64,000 bases of DNA from an uncultured bacterium (GTDB taxonomy: Bacteria; Chlamydiota; Chlamydiia; Chlamydiales; SLFE01). The stretch lies in contig CAZPBC010000003.1 in NCBI GenBank assembly GCA_964584775.1, forward strand, positions 14,015 through 78,014. Reading direction: 5' to 3'. The translations under genes were made by a program, and so were the position numbers. Position 1 is the stretch's first letter, and each line of letters opens with the position of its first letter. Below, one piece after another: positions 36,205 to 45,630 of this stretch. Under the pieces are notes generated by a model. It was not told the DNA's origin. It saw only the letters and a list, made by a program, of their open reading frames with translations, and ran no database searches.

Positions 36205-36284
36205 TTATCTTTTGTTTTTTATCGCTCTCGTGATAGTATTCTGTAATTCAGAAACTTAGTAATTAAAATTTTAGAGGTAGTATT

Positions 36285-38045
36285 ATGGAAGCTCCAACAC
36301 CAACACCTGCATCTGGTTCAGTCACGCCAGTTTCAAAAATTCCTATGACGTCATCAGGACTAACAACACCATATGGCTCTCGACCAGGAAGTCCAGTTCG
36401 CGCAGAAACATTTAACATGCGAGAAATTGCAAAGAAATATGCATCTCCTAAATCGGCCGGAGTTTATGGTTTTCGTGAAGGAGGAGCAATCCTCGAAAAA
36501 ACAAGAACGGCGGCTCAAGAAGTGTTTTTGAAGGTCGGTATTCAATGGGAGATTCCTTTTGAGCTGACGGTTCCTGGTTTTTCTACTTTTGAACAGTATT
36601 ATCTTGCTCAAGCAGCGATTTCAGACCGTGCTGCTACACGCATCCTTAGTTCAGGGCAAGGGCATTTTAAAAAATGGGAGGGTCTTACACCAGAAACCTT
36701 GAGAGAACTACCTTCTTTGTACAAACTCTACAAGCTTATCTTAGATAGTAGAGCAAGGGGCACCTCCCGAGTGAGTACCCAAGAGCTTTGTCAAATCGGC
36801 CTTCCTAATACAGCATTTCTTCTTACACGCGTCAAGCATGGTGATGATTTTCCAAATGAAAAAGCTGCTTTGGTAGGGGCCTTTACCCCTAAAAACGAAG
36901 AAGACTTTAAAACTGAAGGAGATCTTGATATAGCTCGTGCTTTAGCTTGTCCAAGGATAAGCGGAGAAAGAGGACAAGTGGATCAAGTGGCTCATTTAGC
37001 AAAAGCGTACTTTGAAAAGGGCCTAGTCATCAAGGCAAGAGATTGCATTCTTAGTCAGCCAGAAGATGAGCGTTCAATCACGATTCAAAGAGTGCTTGAA
37101 ATAATGCCGGATAAAGGAATTCCTTATGTGTTCTTTGCCATGCATTTACCCCTTCAAGATCGGGGGCCTCATTTAAAACTGTGTGCTGAAGAAGCGGCTA
37201 CGGAAGCTGCTAGGAATACGTATAGACTTAAAGACTGTCTTACTCTACTTGGGCATATAGATGATAGAGTGCTGAGGGAGCAAGCTGAGTTAGAGTGCGT
37301 TAACACCTTTAAAACCTCATTAACTAATGTACTCGTTATTGTCGACACATTAAGGAATTTTGAAACGTTTGAAGCTTCTAAGAAACTTGTCGAACACCTC
37401 GTTACTCTGATGTCTGGTACGGGTCATTCAGCTGCTTTTGATTTATTTGATGAAATACGCGAGAAAGATGGACGTAAAGGAAACGAAGAAGCGAGGCTCT
37501 ATGCCTATCAGCACTGGTTCACGGAGAGACATATCTCTACTACTGAAGCCAAAGGTATGATCAGAGAGAGTTCAGACTCAACTCGTAAGAAGGGGCTGCT
37601 TATCGGCTACGCGCATAGTTCTGTAATTAAAGATACAAATAGCGATATCGTCACTAAAGCAGCAGGATTAAGAGAGCCAGACGAGATCCGTGTCTTGCAG
37701 GAGGTGGTTGAAATCCTCTGTAATAAAGAGCATGACTGGAGTGCAGCCACATTACTTGTCCAATCTAAGCCACATATGTCTCTTTATAGGACTCTTGCAG
37801 AGCTCTTAATTGGCAATAGTGATCAAAAGGCTACTGTTGCTCTGATGAGATATGCTGTTAAAAATGTTACAAGAGGTGACCGGTTAGTTCAACAGATGGC
37901 TGAGCATGCGAAACATTTGAATAAGCGCGAAATTTCTGATGCGATTAGGAAAGTCATCGGACTTCCAAGTCTCTACAAAGATCAAGTAGCTCGAGGTTGG
38001 TGGTTCGGAAGAATCTTCCATCCTTTGTGGGGTTCGAGCGGCTAA
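36285..38045 (+). CDS. Orphan protein with a Ser/Thr/Pro-rich N-terminus (candidate secreted effector)
   Basis: 586-aa ORF with GAGG before the ATG and an AT-rich upstream region. GC is visibly lower (~43-47 percent in sampled lines) than neighbouring housekeeping genes. No recognised domain. Confidence 0.7.
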   Translation: MEAPTPTPASGSVTPVSKIPMTSSGLTTPYGSRPGSPVRAETFNMREIAKKYASPKSAGVYGFREGGAILEKTRTAAQEVFLKVGIQWEIPFELTVPGFSTFEQYYLAQAAISDRAATRILSSGQGHFKKWEGLTPETLRELPSLYKLYKLILDSRARGTSRVSTQELCQIGLPNTAFLLTRVKHGDDFPNEKAALVGAFTPKNEEDFKTEGDLDIARALACPRISGERGQVDQVAHLAKAYFEKGLVIKARDCILSQPEDERSITIQRVLEIMPDKGIPYVFFAMHLPLQDRGPHLKLCAEEAATEAARNTYRLKDCLTLLGHIDDRVLREQAELECVNTFKTSLTNVLVIVDTLRNFETFEASKKLVEHLVTLMSGTGHSAAFDLFDEIREKDGRKGNEEARLYAYQHWFTERHISTTEAKGMIRESSDSTRKKGLLIGYAHSSVIKDTNSDIVTKAAGLREPDEIRVLQEVVEILCNKEHDWSAATLLVQSKPHMSLYRTLAELLIGNSDQKATVALMRYAVKNVTRGDRLVQQMAEHAKHLNKREISDAIRKVIGLPSLYKDQVARGWWFGRIFHPLWGSSG

Positions 38046-38072
38046 AAAGACCTTTCCTTTTCAGGCTTGAAA

Positions 38073-38106
38073 CTCCAGTGAGCATCGGCTCACTGGAGTT
38101 TTTTTT
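38073..38106 (+). terminator. Rho-independent terminator between the convergent orphan gene and argS
   Basis: Perfect 11-bp stem CTCCAGTGAGC / GCTCACTGGAG with loop ATCG, followed by T8. Confidence 0.8.
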
Positions 38107-38109
38107 GGC

Positions 38110-39855
38110 TTACATTTTTTCTACGGGGTGGACACCGAGGAGGGTGAGACCTTGCTTCATCGTGCGGGCGGTGAGCTCAGCAAGGAGGAGGCGGCTTGCC
38201 TCTTCGTCGCTGCCGACGACTCGGCAGTCGCGGAAGAACGCGTGGAACTTTTCAGCCAGGTTGTAGAGGTAGTCGGTCATCCGGTTTGGGGAAAGATCTT
38301 TCGTCACACGGGCGACAGCTTCAGAGAAGCGGGTGAGTTGGAGTGCGAGGGCGCGTTCGGTGGGGTGGTTGAGTTGGATATGGGGCTTTTTAAGGAGGGT
38401 GGAGAGATCCAACTCGCTCTTTCTTTTGATGCCGTTGATCCTCACGTAGGAGTACATCAGGTAGGCGGCGGTATTTCCTTCAAAGCGGAGCATCTTGTCA
38501 TAGCTAAAGAGGTAGTCGCTCTGGCGGTTGATGGAAAGGTCGGCATACTTGATCGCACCGATTCCTATCGCTTTTCCTATCGTGTCCAGCTCCTCTTCAG
38601 AAAGGGAGGGGTTTTTCTCTTTGAGGATTTCACGTGCACGCTCGATCGCTTTGGTGATGAGTTCCATCAGCTGGATGGTCTCTCCTGAGCGGGTGCGTAG
38701 TTTCTTTCCATCTTCTCCGAGGACGAGACCAAAAGGGACATGGTCGATACGGATTTTCTCAGCGTCGTACCAGCCGATCTTTTTCGCAGCATCGAAGATC
38801 ATTTTAAAATGGGTCGCCTGTCCTTGGTCGGTGACGTAAATGAGGTGGGTCGCTTTTTCTTCAGTAAGACGTTGTTGGATGGCAGCGAGGTCGGTCGTGT
38901 CATAGTTGTATCCTCCGTCTGACTTTTGAATCATCAGGGGAAGAGGGTTGCCTTCACGGTTTTGGTAGCCTTCGAGAAAGACGCACTTGGCTCCGTCGCT
39001 GACGGTCACAAGCCCGCTTTTTTCAAACTCGTCGATGACTGTGGGGAGGGCGGGATTGTAGAAAGACTCTCCACGCTCAACGAGGTCGACGTCGAGCAGG
39101 TCGTAGATCTCTTGGTAGGAGCGGCGAGAGATCTCACAGATGATCTCCCAGGCGTGGATCGAATCGGGATTGCCAGCTTGGAGTTCGACCACTTCAAGTT
39201 GCGACTGTTTTTTGAACTCGGGATCTTCGTCGAACCGTTTTTTGGAGGCCTTGTACCAAGCCATCAGGTGAGAGAGGTCGGTCTCTTCTTTGCCTTCTAG
39301 AACGCCCTTCGCCTCTTGCTTCATGTAGGCAATCAACATTCCAAAAGCCGTTCCCCAGTCGCCGACGTGGTTGAGGCGCAGGACATCATAGCCAAGGAAC
39401 TCGAGATGGCGAGCAAGGGCGTCGCCGATGATGGTTGAACGGAGGTGGCCGACATGCATCTCTTTTGCCGTGTTGGGTGAGGAGAAGTCGATCACGACAC
39501 GCTCTCCAGCAGGTGTTTTATGGACGGCAAGATCGGGTTCGGTGAGCATCTTTTGCAAGAAGTTCTCAAGGGCCGCTTGTTTCAGGGTGATGTTGATGAA
39601 GCCGGGACCTGCAATCTCGAGCTTTTCGATCTGCTCAGCGCCTGCTTCCAAGACTTTTTCTTGAATCTGGGCGGCGATTTCGCGGGGATTCTTCTTGAGA
39701 AGCTTTGCGAGGTTCATGCTGGAGTTGTACTGATAGTCTCCAAAGCGCTCTTGAGTGGCCTCGGTGATTTCCGGTGAGGGGAGCTCTGCATCTGCAAAGG
39801 CTTCCGCCGCTGCTTCAGAAAAGAGTTCCTTAAGTTGATAAGAGAGAGTGTCCAT
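38110..39855 (-). CDS. argS: Arginine--tRNA ligase
   Basis: HIGH-type motif ANPTKEMHVGHLRS region (SSPNTAKEMHVGHLRST), Add-1 N-terminal domain, and DALR anticodon-binding C-terminus. Confidence 0.95.
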   Translation of the reverse strand: MDTLSYQLKELFSEAAAEAFADAELPSPEITEATQERFGDYQYNSSMNLAKLLKKNPREIAAQIQEKVLEAGAEQIEKLEIAGPGFINITLKQAALENFLQKMLTEPDLAVHKTPAGERVVIDFSSPNTAKEMHVGHLRSTIIGDALARHLEFLGYDVLRLNHVGDWGTAFGMLIAYMKQEAKGVLEGKEETDLSHLMAWYKASKKRFDEDPEFKKQSQLEVVELQAGNPDSIHAWEIICEISRRSYQEIYDLLDVDLVERGESFYNPALPTVIDEFEKSGLVTVSDGAKCVFLEGYQNREGNPLPLMIQKSDGGYNYDTTDLAAIQQRLTEEKATHLIYVTDQGQATHFKMIFDAAKKIGWYDAEKIRIDHVPFGLVLGEDGKKLRTRSGETIQLMELITKAIERAREILKEKNPSLSEEELDTIGKAIGIGAIKYADLSINRQSDYLFSYDKMLRFEGNTAAYLMYSYVRINGIKRKSELDLSTLLKKPHIQLNHPTERALALQLTRFSEAVARVTKDLSPNRMTDYLYNLAEKFHAFFRDCRVVGSDEEASRLLLAELTARTMKQGLTLLGVHPVEKM

Positions 39856-39906
39856 AGGGAGATGATTATAGCAAGATAAGGATAAAGAAGAAAAGAGAGA
39901 GGCTTC

Positions 39907-40989
39907 TTAAGAAAAAAGAATGGGTACTTCGCGTTTGCCAATTTGATTTTTGAGATTGTGCTCAGCAAGCTCGACGGCGATGAAGTTGGGAGGGATATTC
40001 CGTTTCTTCGACTCTAAAAAGATTTTACGGAGTGTTTTGGGAATGCTCCGGACTTTTTGGAGCGCTTTTTGGGGGCTGTAGCCCCCGGTATCAAATTCGG
40101 TGGAGGCGTTGAGGATGCCGCCAGCATTGATGACGAAGTCGGGGGCGAAGAGGATCTTTCTTTCAAAGAGTTGAACGCCTGCTTCGCTGTCAACGAGCTG
40201 GTTATTGGCGCCTCCGGCGATCGCTTGAACGCGTAGGCGGGGGATCGATTTCTCATGAAGGATCCCGCCAAGGGCGCAGGGAGCGAGGAGATCCGCTTCG
40301 ACGGTGAGGATTTCAGCGGGGTCGACCAGTTTCGCTCCAAATGATCTGGCCATCTGGCGCGCCAGTTGAGAGTCAAGGTCGGAGACAAGGAGGTCGGCTC
40401 CGGCCCAGAAGAGGTGGCGGGCGAGTTTGGATCCGACGTTGCCGAGACCCTGGATTGCCACTTTTTTCCCGGTCAGGTCGGGAGTTCCATAGAGCTCCTC
40501 AAGGACGGTTTGGATCCCTATAAAGACGCCGTAGGCTGTGAAACGAGAGGGGTCTCCGCTGGAGGAGGGCAGTGCAGCGACAAAAGGTGTCTTTTTCTGC
40601 AGGATTTTCATGTCCTCTGGGGTGGTGCCCACGTCTTCAGCGGCGATGTATTGCCCTCCGAGAGAGTGGACGACCTCCCCGAAAGCCTCAAGGAGCTGAT
40701 CCGTCTTCTCATGTTTCGGATCTGCGAGGATGACCGCCTTCCCGCCTCCGAGCCCATCTTGAGCAATGGCAGATTTGTAAGTCATTGCTCTAGAAAGTCT
40801 TAAAACATCTTCAAGGGCCTCATCAAGGGTCTTGTATGGGTAGATGCGCGTGCCGCCGAGAGCGGGCCCGAGGGTGCTGTTGTGGATGGCGATGTAGCAA
40901 CGGAGGCCAGCTTGACGGTTTTCCGCATAGATGACCTTCTCATACCCCTCTATCACAAGCTCTTCGACAGTGAAACTTTCTTTTTTCAT
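39907..40989 (-). CDS. Glu/Leu/Phe/Val dehydrogenase family protein (leucine dehydrogenase-like)
   Basis: Catalytic lysine motif GLGGGKAVI and Rossmann motif GLGNVGSKLARHL. The size (360 aa) fits the Leu/Phe/Val dehydrogenase type. Confidence 0.85.
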   Translation of the reverse strand: MKKESFTVEELVIEGYEKVIYAENRQAGLRCYIAIHNSTLGPALGGTRIYPYKTLDEALEDVLRLSRAMTYKSAIAQDGLGGGKAVILADPKHEKTDQLLEAFGEVVHSLGGQYIAAEDVGTTPEDMKILQKKTPFVAALPSSSGDPSRFTAYGVFIGIQTVLEELYGTPDLTGKKVAIQGLGNVGSKLARHLFWAGADLLVSDLDSQLARQMARSFGAKLVDPAEILTVEADLLAPCALGGILHEKSIPRLRVQAIAGGANNQLVDSEAGVQLFERKILFAPDFVINAGGILNASTEFDTGGYSPQKALQKVRSIPKTLRKIFLESKKRNIPPNFIAVELAEHNLKNQIGKREVPILFS

Positions 40990-41009
40990 GGGACCCAGCT
41001 TGATAAGAG

Positions 41010-41038
41010 TTGAATTTAACCCCTTGATAGAGTAGAAT
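41010..41038 (+). promoter_or_regulatory. Candidate sigma-66/70 promoter for the 41085 operon
   Basis: TTGAAT (41010-41015), 17-nt spacer, TAGAAT (41033-41038), about 46 nt upstream of the ATG. Confidence 0.45.
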
Positions 41039-41084
41039 CTTTACTTAAATCCTTCCCGATAGTCTTGATCAAAAGAGGTTTATA

Positions 41085-41822
41085 ATGGCTAAAGCCACAG
41101 TGAGTAAAGATCAGCTAACAGCAATCCGAAAGTACCTGGATGAAACGAGCAATCCAGAGCTGATCAACACCTATCTTCGTTTTATCGAAAAGAAATTTAA
41201 CCTTCAACCGGTCCTCTTTCCTCGAGATAAGTCCGTCTTTCGGTCGCTTGATGAGCTGATGAAGCACCTAGAAGAACAGGGGAAGCTCTGGAAAGAGACA
41301 GAGATTAAAATTGGTTTTAGCCGTGAAAGCGTCAATGACCAGACAAAGAAAATTTACATCTGCCCCTTTACTGGTAAGGTTTTTGGGGATAACACCCATC
41401 CTAACCCTCTAGATGCGATCTATGACTGGGTCTCTCGCTGTCCTGAAAACACGGAGCGCGTAGGTGGTCTCAAAGTCAAACGGTTCCATGTCTCTGAAGA
41501 CCCAGAGGTGATCCAATCGTATGCGGAGAAGACCAAGCCTTCGAAAGAGCCGATTACAAAGATCGTCTATACTTCGGCACTCAATGGTAAGATCTTCAAC
41601 TCAAAAGAGTCGGTCGTCGAAGATTTCAAACGCCACTACATCAAGAAGATGTCGTTAATTGAGGTTCAGAACCAGAACCAGTTTGAAATTGAAGAGGGCT
41701 TCCTGGCTTTCCTACAGGAGCAGCTCACAGAAGAGAAGATCGCAGAGTTTGTGGAAACGATTGCAGAGTTTGAAGAGTTTATTCCCTACATTGAGCGCTG
41801 GCTTTCTGAAGAAGAATCCTGA
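41085..41822 (+). CDS. Conserved-looking hypothetical protein
   Basis: 245 aa with a putative small Cys/His cluster (YICPFTGKVF...HPNP...WVSRCPEN) and an acidic C-terminus. First gene of an operon with tsaE-engB. Confidence 0.6.
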   Translation: MAKATVSKDQLTAIRKYLDETSNPELINTYLRFIEKKFNLQPVLFPRDKSVFRSLDELMKHLEEQGKLWKETEIKIGFSRESVNDQTKKIYICPFTGKVFGDNTHPNPLDAIYDWVSRCPENTERVGGLKVKRFHVSEDPEVIQSYAEKTKPSKEPITKIVYTSALNGKIFNSKESVVEDFKRHYIKKMSLIEVQNQNQFEIEEGFLAFLQEQLTEEKIAEFVETIAEFEEFIPYIERWLSEEES

Positions 41823-42237
41823 TGTTCTGATCAGTGACGAAGAGACGGTTCTCTTCGGGCGCGAACTGGCGAAGCAGCTGCCTTCCGGACAGATTGTCGC
41901 TTTTTCAGGTGACCTCGGCGCTGGAAAAACAACCATGATCAAAGGGATCGTTGCGGAGCTGACAGGCGCCTCTGAAGAGAGTGTGATGAGTCCCACCTTT
42001 GTTCTCCATTCGGCCTACGGAAACGCCCCTGTTGTTCACCACTTTGATCTCTACCGCCTAGCTGGAGTGGATGAATTTTGTTCGCTTGGATTTGAAGAGA
42101 TGGTCTTTTCGGATGGAGTGAGTTGTATTGAGTGGCCTGAGCGTATTGCAGAGATCCTTCCTGAGGAGACCCTTTGGATCCATCTATCTCATCACCCGGA
42201 AGGGGGGAGAGAAGTGAGAGTAGAAAACCATGTTTGA
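41791..42237 (+). CDS. tsaE: tRNA threonylcarbamoyladenosine biosynthesis ATPase TsaE (YjeE)
   Basis: P-loop GDLGAGKTTMIKGI, then HFDLYRL and IEWPE motifs. The start is uncertain; a TTG at 41791 or a CTG at 41827 are the only nearby candidates. The long ORF from 41659 overlaps the upstream gene. Confidence 0.8.
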   Translation: MSAGFLKKNPDVLISDEETVLFGRELAKQLPSGQIVAFSGDLGAGKTTMIKGIVAELTGASEESVMSPTFVLHSAYGNAPVVHHFDLYRLAGVDEFCSLGFEEMVFSDGVSCIEWPERIAEILPEETLWIHLSHHPEGGREVRVENHV

Positions 42238-42832
42238 AGTGAAAAATCCCAAATTTATCAAAACCGTCGTCGACTTCAAGGAAGTGCCAACACTTTACCG
42301 TGAAGATGGCCGCGCGATGCAAGAGGTGGCTTTCGTCGGGCGCTCCAACGCCGGAAAATCGACACTGATCAACTTCCTCTTCCGCCATTCAAAAATTGCA
42401 AAAACTTCAAAGACGCCTGGAAAAACCCAAGCAATCAACCTTTTCACGCTGAATGACGAGGTCCTTTTTATCGACCTGCCTGGGTATGGCTTCGCGAAAG
42501 TGCCAAAATCTGTGAAACGTGACTGGGGACCTCTTGTCCAAGGGTATCTTGAAACCAGCCCCCAGCTTCAGGTGATCCTCTTTGCTTTTGACATTCGCCG
42601 CGATCCCAAAGAAGAAGACCTCCAGTTGATGCACTGGATCACAGAGAATGAGAAGAAGGTGATCCTTGTTCTGACAAAAGCTGATAAATTGAAAAAACGC
42701 GAGATCCCTGAGAGAGAAGAGGCGATTGTCTCGGGCTTTCAACCCTTTGAGGTAGAAACGGTGGTCGTTTCTGCAAAAGCGGGGAAAGGGCGCGACACAC
42801 TCCTCAAAAAGGTACAGGCGCACTTGACATGA
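42230..42832 (+). CDS. engB: Ribosome biogenesis GTPase EngB/YihA/YsxC
   Basis: G1 motif GRSNAGKSTLIN, G3 motif DLPGYG, G4 motif TKADK. Confidence 0.9.
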   Translation: MFEVKNPKFIKTVVDFKEVPTLYREDGRAMQEVAFVGRSNAGKSTLINFLFRHSKIAKTSKTPGKTQAINLFTLNDEVLFIDLPGYGFAKVPKSVKRDWGPLVQGYLETSPQLQVILFAFDIRRDPKEEDLQLMHWITENEKKVILVLTKADKLKKREIPEREEAIVSGFQPFEVETVVVSAKAGKGRDTLLKKVQAHLT

Positions 42833-43596
42833 TGAAACGAAAGCAAAATTCCCTTGATGAGCAAGTCTTTGTCTGTATTGACTGCGAGTCGACTGGACTC
42901 GATCCGGATAAGGACCGCATCATTGAGGTTGCTGCTGCGCGCTTCACGACAAAAGAGGTTCTCGGAGAAGTTGAATGGTTGATCGACCCAGGGGTCGAAA
43001 TTCCTGAAGAGTCGATCAAAATCCACAACATCACCGAAGACATGGTACGAGGTCAACCTCCATTTTCATCGGTTGTGGACGAGCTCATCGACTTTATCGG
43101 AAACCACATCATTGTCGGTCACGCGGTGAATTTCGATATCCAGTTGATTCAGAAGGAAGCTGAGCGCCTTGGGAAGAGCAAGCCTCTTGAAGGGAATGGG
43201 ATCATCGACACGGTCCGCCTAGCTCGACACTATGGCGAGTCTCCCTCAAATAGCCTCGAAAACCTCCGGCAGCACTTCAATATCGACGAAATGGGAGCCC
43301 ACCGGGCAATGAATGACGTCCAGGTCAACATCTCTGTCTTCAGGTACTTAGCGAAGGCGTTCAGGAGCACTAAAGAAATTCAGCAGCTTTTAAAGAAACC
43401 TGTTAAACTAAAGTATATGCCCCTCGGACCACACAAAGGACGCCTGATTAAGGAAGTGCCTTTAGAATTCCTGAAGTGGGGGGCGAACAAAAACTTTGAT
43501 GAAGATCTACTCTTCACGATACGAAGTGAAATCAAACGAAGGGAAAAGGGACAAGACTTCCTACAGTCTTCTAACCCGTTTTTAAGTTTGGAGTAA
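42829..43596 (+). CDS. DnaQ-like 3'-5' exonuclease with a DUF3820-like C-terminal extension
   Basis: Exo I motif FVCIDCESTGLD, Exo II motif VGHAVNFDI, Exo III motif HRAMNDV. The C-terminus YMPLGPHKGRLIKEVPLEFLKWGANK resembles MPfGKykGr.l.dlP..YL.W. Confidence 0.8.
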   Translation: MMKRKQNSLDEQVFVCIDCESTGLDPDKDRIIEVAAARFTTKEVLGEVEWLIDPGVEIPEESIKIHNITEDMVRGQPPFSSVVDELIDFIGNHIIVGHAVNFDIQLIQKEAERLGKSKPLEGNGIIDTVRLARHYGESPSNSLENLRQHFNIDEMGAHRAMNDVQVNISVFRYLAKAFRSTKEIQQLLKKPVKLKYMPLGPHKGRLIKEVPLEFLKWGANKNFDEDLLFTIRSEIKRREKGQDFLQSSNPFLSLE

Positions 43597-43600
43597 GCTG

Positions 43601-44461
43601 ATGCAGAAGAAGCAAAGCGTTTTAGGCTTGAAAGAAGCAAGCGCTGTCAAAGCCGCTCTCGCCGATCTCTTGAGAGGCGGCATTCTTTTTGAAGTTTGTA
43701 CAGCCGAAGAAGCGAAAATTGCGGAAGAGGCAGGAGCTCTTGCAGTCGTCACTCGCCCAGAGTGCAATTCAGCTTTCGAACAGATCGAAAAAATCCAAGA
43801 AGCGGTTACCATTCCTGTGATTGCTTACTGTCGCTCTGGCCACAGTGTAGAAGCGGCGATGCTTGAAGCGCTCTTTATTGATTTCATTGATGAATCCCTC
43901 TTTGCTGATAGTGGACTGACAATTCATAAAACCGATTTTCAAACGCCCTTTATTTCACCGATCACAGACTTGAAGAGTGCCCTCCAAAAGATTGCAGAAG
44001 GAGCGACCATCCTACGGAATGGTGAGGGGTTTGCGACTCTCTCGGAATCGATGAAGATGCTGAATGGTCTCAAAACGGGGTTTGCAGAACTCTCCCTACT
44101 TCTACCGGAAGAGATCGCACACTGGTGTGCAAATGGAGGCCACAGCTATGAAGTGGTGTCGCGTTGCCGCGAGCTCGGTTCTCTCCCGATTCCTCTCCTC
44201 GTGGCTTCAGAAGTGAGAGACCTCTCCGACGTCGCGCTTCTCATGCAAATGGGTGCTGACGGTCTCATTCTACCCAACACGTTTATGGAAAAAGAGGATC
44301 CGCTTGCCTTTGCCAAAAGCCTCGTCTTTGGCGCGACCCACTACAGCGAGCCCGACCAGCTTCTCAAATACCTCCTCGGTCACGAAACCACACCCAAGCA
44401 TCACCACCACCTCCTCAAAAGAGAGGAGATCGCTGTCCAAGATCTCAATGATCAACTTTAA
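43601..44461 (+). CDS. PdxS (PLP synthase, SNZ/PDX1)-like protein with degenerate active site
   Basis: Clear PdxS-like blocks: GGILFEVCTAEEAKIAEEAGALAV, IPVIAYCRSGHSVEAAMLEAL.IDFIDES, KIAEGATILR, LLMQMGADGLIL, FAKSLVFGATHY. Catalytic positions are substituted (see findings). Confidence 0.7.
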   Translation: MQKKQSVLGLKEASAVKAALADLLRGGILFEVCTAEEAKIAEEAGALAVVTRPECNSAFEQIEKIQEAVTIPVIAYCRSGHSVEAAMLEALFIDFIDESLFADSGLTIHKTDFQTPFISPITDLKSALQKIAEGATILRNGEGFATLSESMKMLNGLKTGFAELSLLLPEEIAHWCANGGHSYEVVSRCRELGSLPIPLLVASEVRDLSDVALLMQMGADGLILPNTFMEKEDPLAFAKSLVFGATHYSEPDQLLKYLLGHETTPKHHHHLLKREEIAVQDLNDQL

Positions 44462-44588
44462 TCTCGAGTGATTTAACAGGATTTATATACTTGATTTTAA
44501 GTAATTTAATTAAATCTCCTCGTTATTCCAGGTATTAATTTAGCATGAAAGTCGAGTAAATTTTTGCACGAAAGTCGATTCACTTGTT

Positions 44589-45374
44589 TTAGAAAATCAT
44601 CTTTAGCCCCATCCCTAGAAGGATGACGGCAAAGATCTGCTTGAGGAAGTTGACGGAGATCCGTTCTTCAACGCGGGCTCCGAAGTAGGCAAAGAAGGGG
44701 CTCGTGAGGTTCATGCCGATCACCGCAGGCCAATAGACATAGCCGCTCGTGTCAGGGGGGAGGACCGTCTGAAAAGAGCCGGTGGTGATATAGGCAATCG
44801 TTCCGACAAAACTCACCAGAACCGAAAGAAGAGCTGCGACTCCAACGGCACGGTGCATTTCCATATTGAGGTAGTTGGTGAGGAAGGGGAGTCCGATGGA
44901 GCCTCCTCCAATCCCAAAGATGGCAGATGTGAAACCGATCACAAAGGAGCCGAAGTGCAGTGTGCCCATATGGGGAGGGTGCTCTCGATTCTTAAACTGA
45001 GGATCGAAGAAGATAAACAAAGCAACCCCGATAGCAAAAATCCCGAAAGCCATCTTTAGGTGATCGGAGTAGAGGACATTGGCGAGAAGGGCTCCCGAAA
45101 CGGATCCAACGAAGACAAAAGTCGCCATCTTCTTGAAAAACTTGAGGACCTCGGGGTGCACTTTCGTATGGACTTTAGCGGAGAAACAGGTCGTGGTGAC
45201 CATCGAGGCAAGGGAGGTTCCAATGACAACATGCATCAGTGTTTCATGGGGGAAGCCCATATAATGGAAATAGAAGGTCAGGAGGGGGACAATGATCAGC
45301 CCTCCGCCAATTCCTAAAAGGCCTGCCAAAAAGCCTGTCGCCGACCCGATAAACAAGTAAATTAAAGCGTGCAT
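44589..45374 (-). CDS. TauE/SafE (DUF81) family anion exporter membrane protein
   Basis: Two GIGGG-type motifs (LLGIGGGLIIVPLL and IFGIGGGSIGLPFL) and about 8 TM helices. Start trimmed to the ATG at 45374. Confidence 0.8.
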   Translation of the reverse strand: MHALIYLFIGSATGFLAGLLGIGGGLIIVPLLTFYFHYMGFPHETLMHVVIGTSLASMVTTTCFSAKVHTKVHPEVLKFFKKMATFVFVGSVSGALLANVLYSDHLKMAFGIFAIGVALFIFFDPQFKNREHPPHMGTLHFGSFVIGFTSAIFGIGGGSIGLPFLTNYLNMEMHRAVGVAALLSVLVSFVGTIAYITTGSFQTVLPPDTSGYVYWPAVIGMNLTSPFFAYFGARVEERISVNFLKQIFAVILLGMGLKMIF

Positions 45375-45630
45375 GACCCCCTTCTTAGCAGAGGGGGTTG
45401 TTTTGTACAACTACACACCAATGTAAGTTAAAATTTTATTTTTACATCCCGCTCTGACTGAGTGAACTAAAACATTTCTTGTCACGAATCCATTTTTCTG
45501 ATAAAATTAGGAAAACGCACTAAAAAAGTGATTTAATCATGTTTATTAAAATTTATTGTTGTTGTTGCACTTGTACCCACTAGAAGTATAAACAATTGCT
45601 GCAACCAATAAATTAAGGATTAAATCACAA

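Noticed and set aside
44462-44588. AT-rich convergent intergenic region with a GAAAGTCGA direct repeat, and the 220-bp AT-rich region at 45411-45630, both examined for tRNA or small-RNA genes
   Set aside because: I could not fold a cloverleaf or a convincing stem-loop with T-tract by eye. They are most simply promoter or terminator spacers. A covariance-model scan would be needed to say more.
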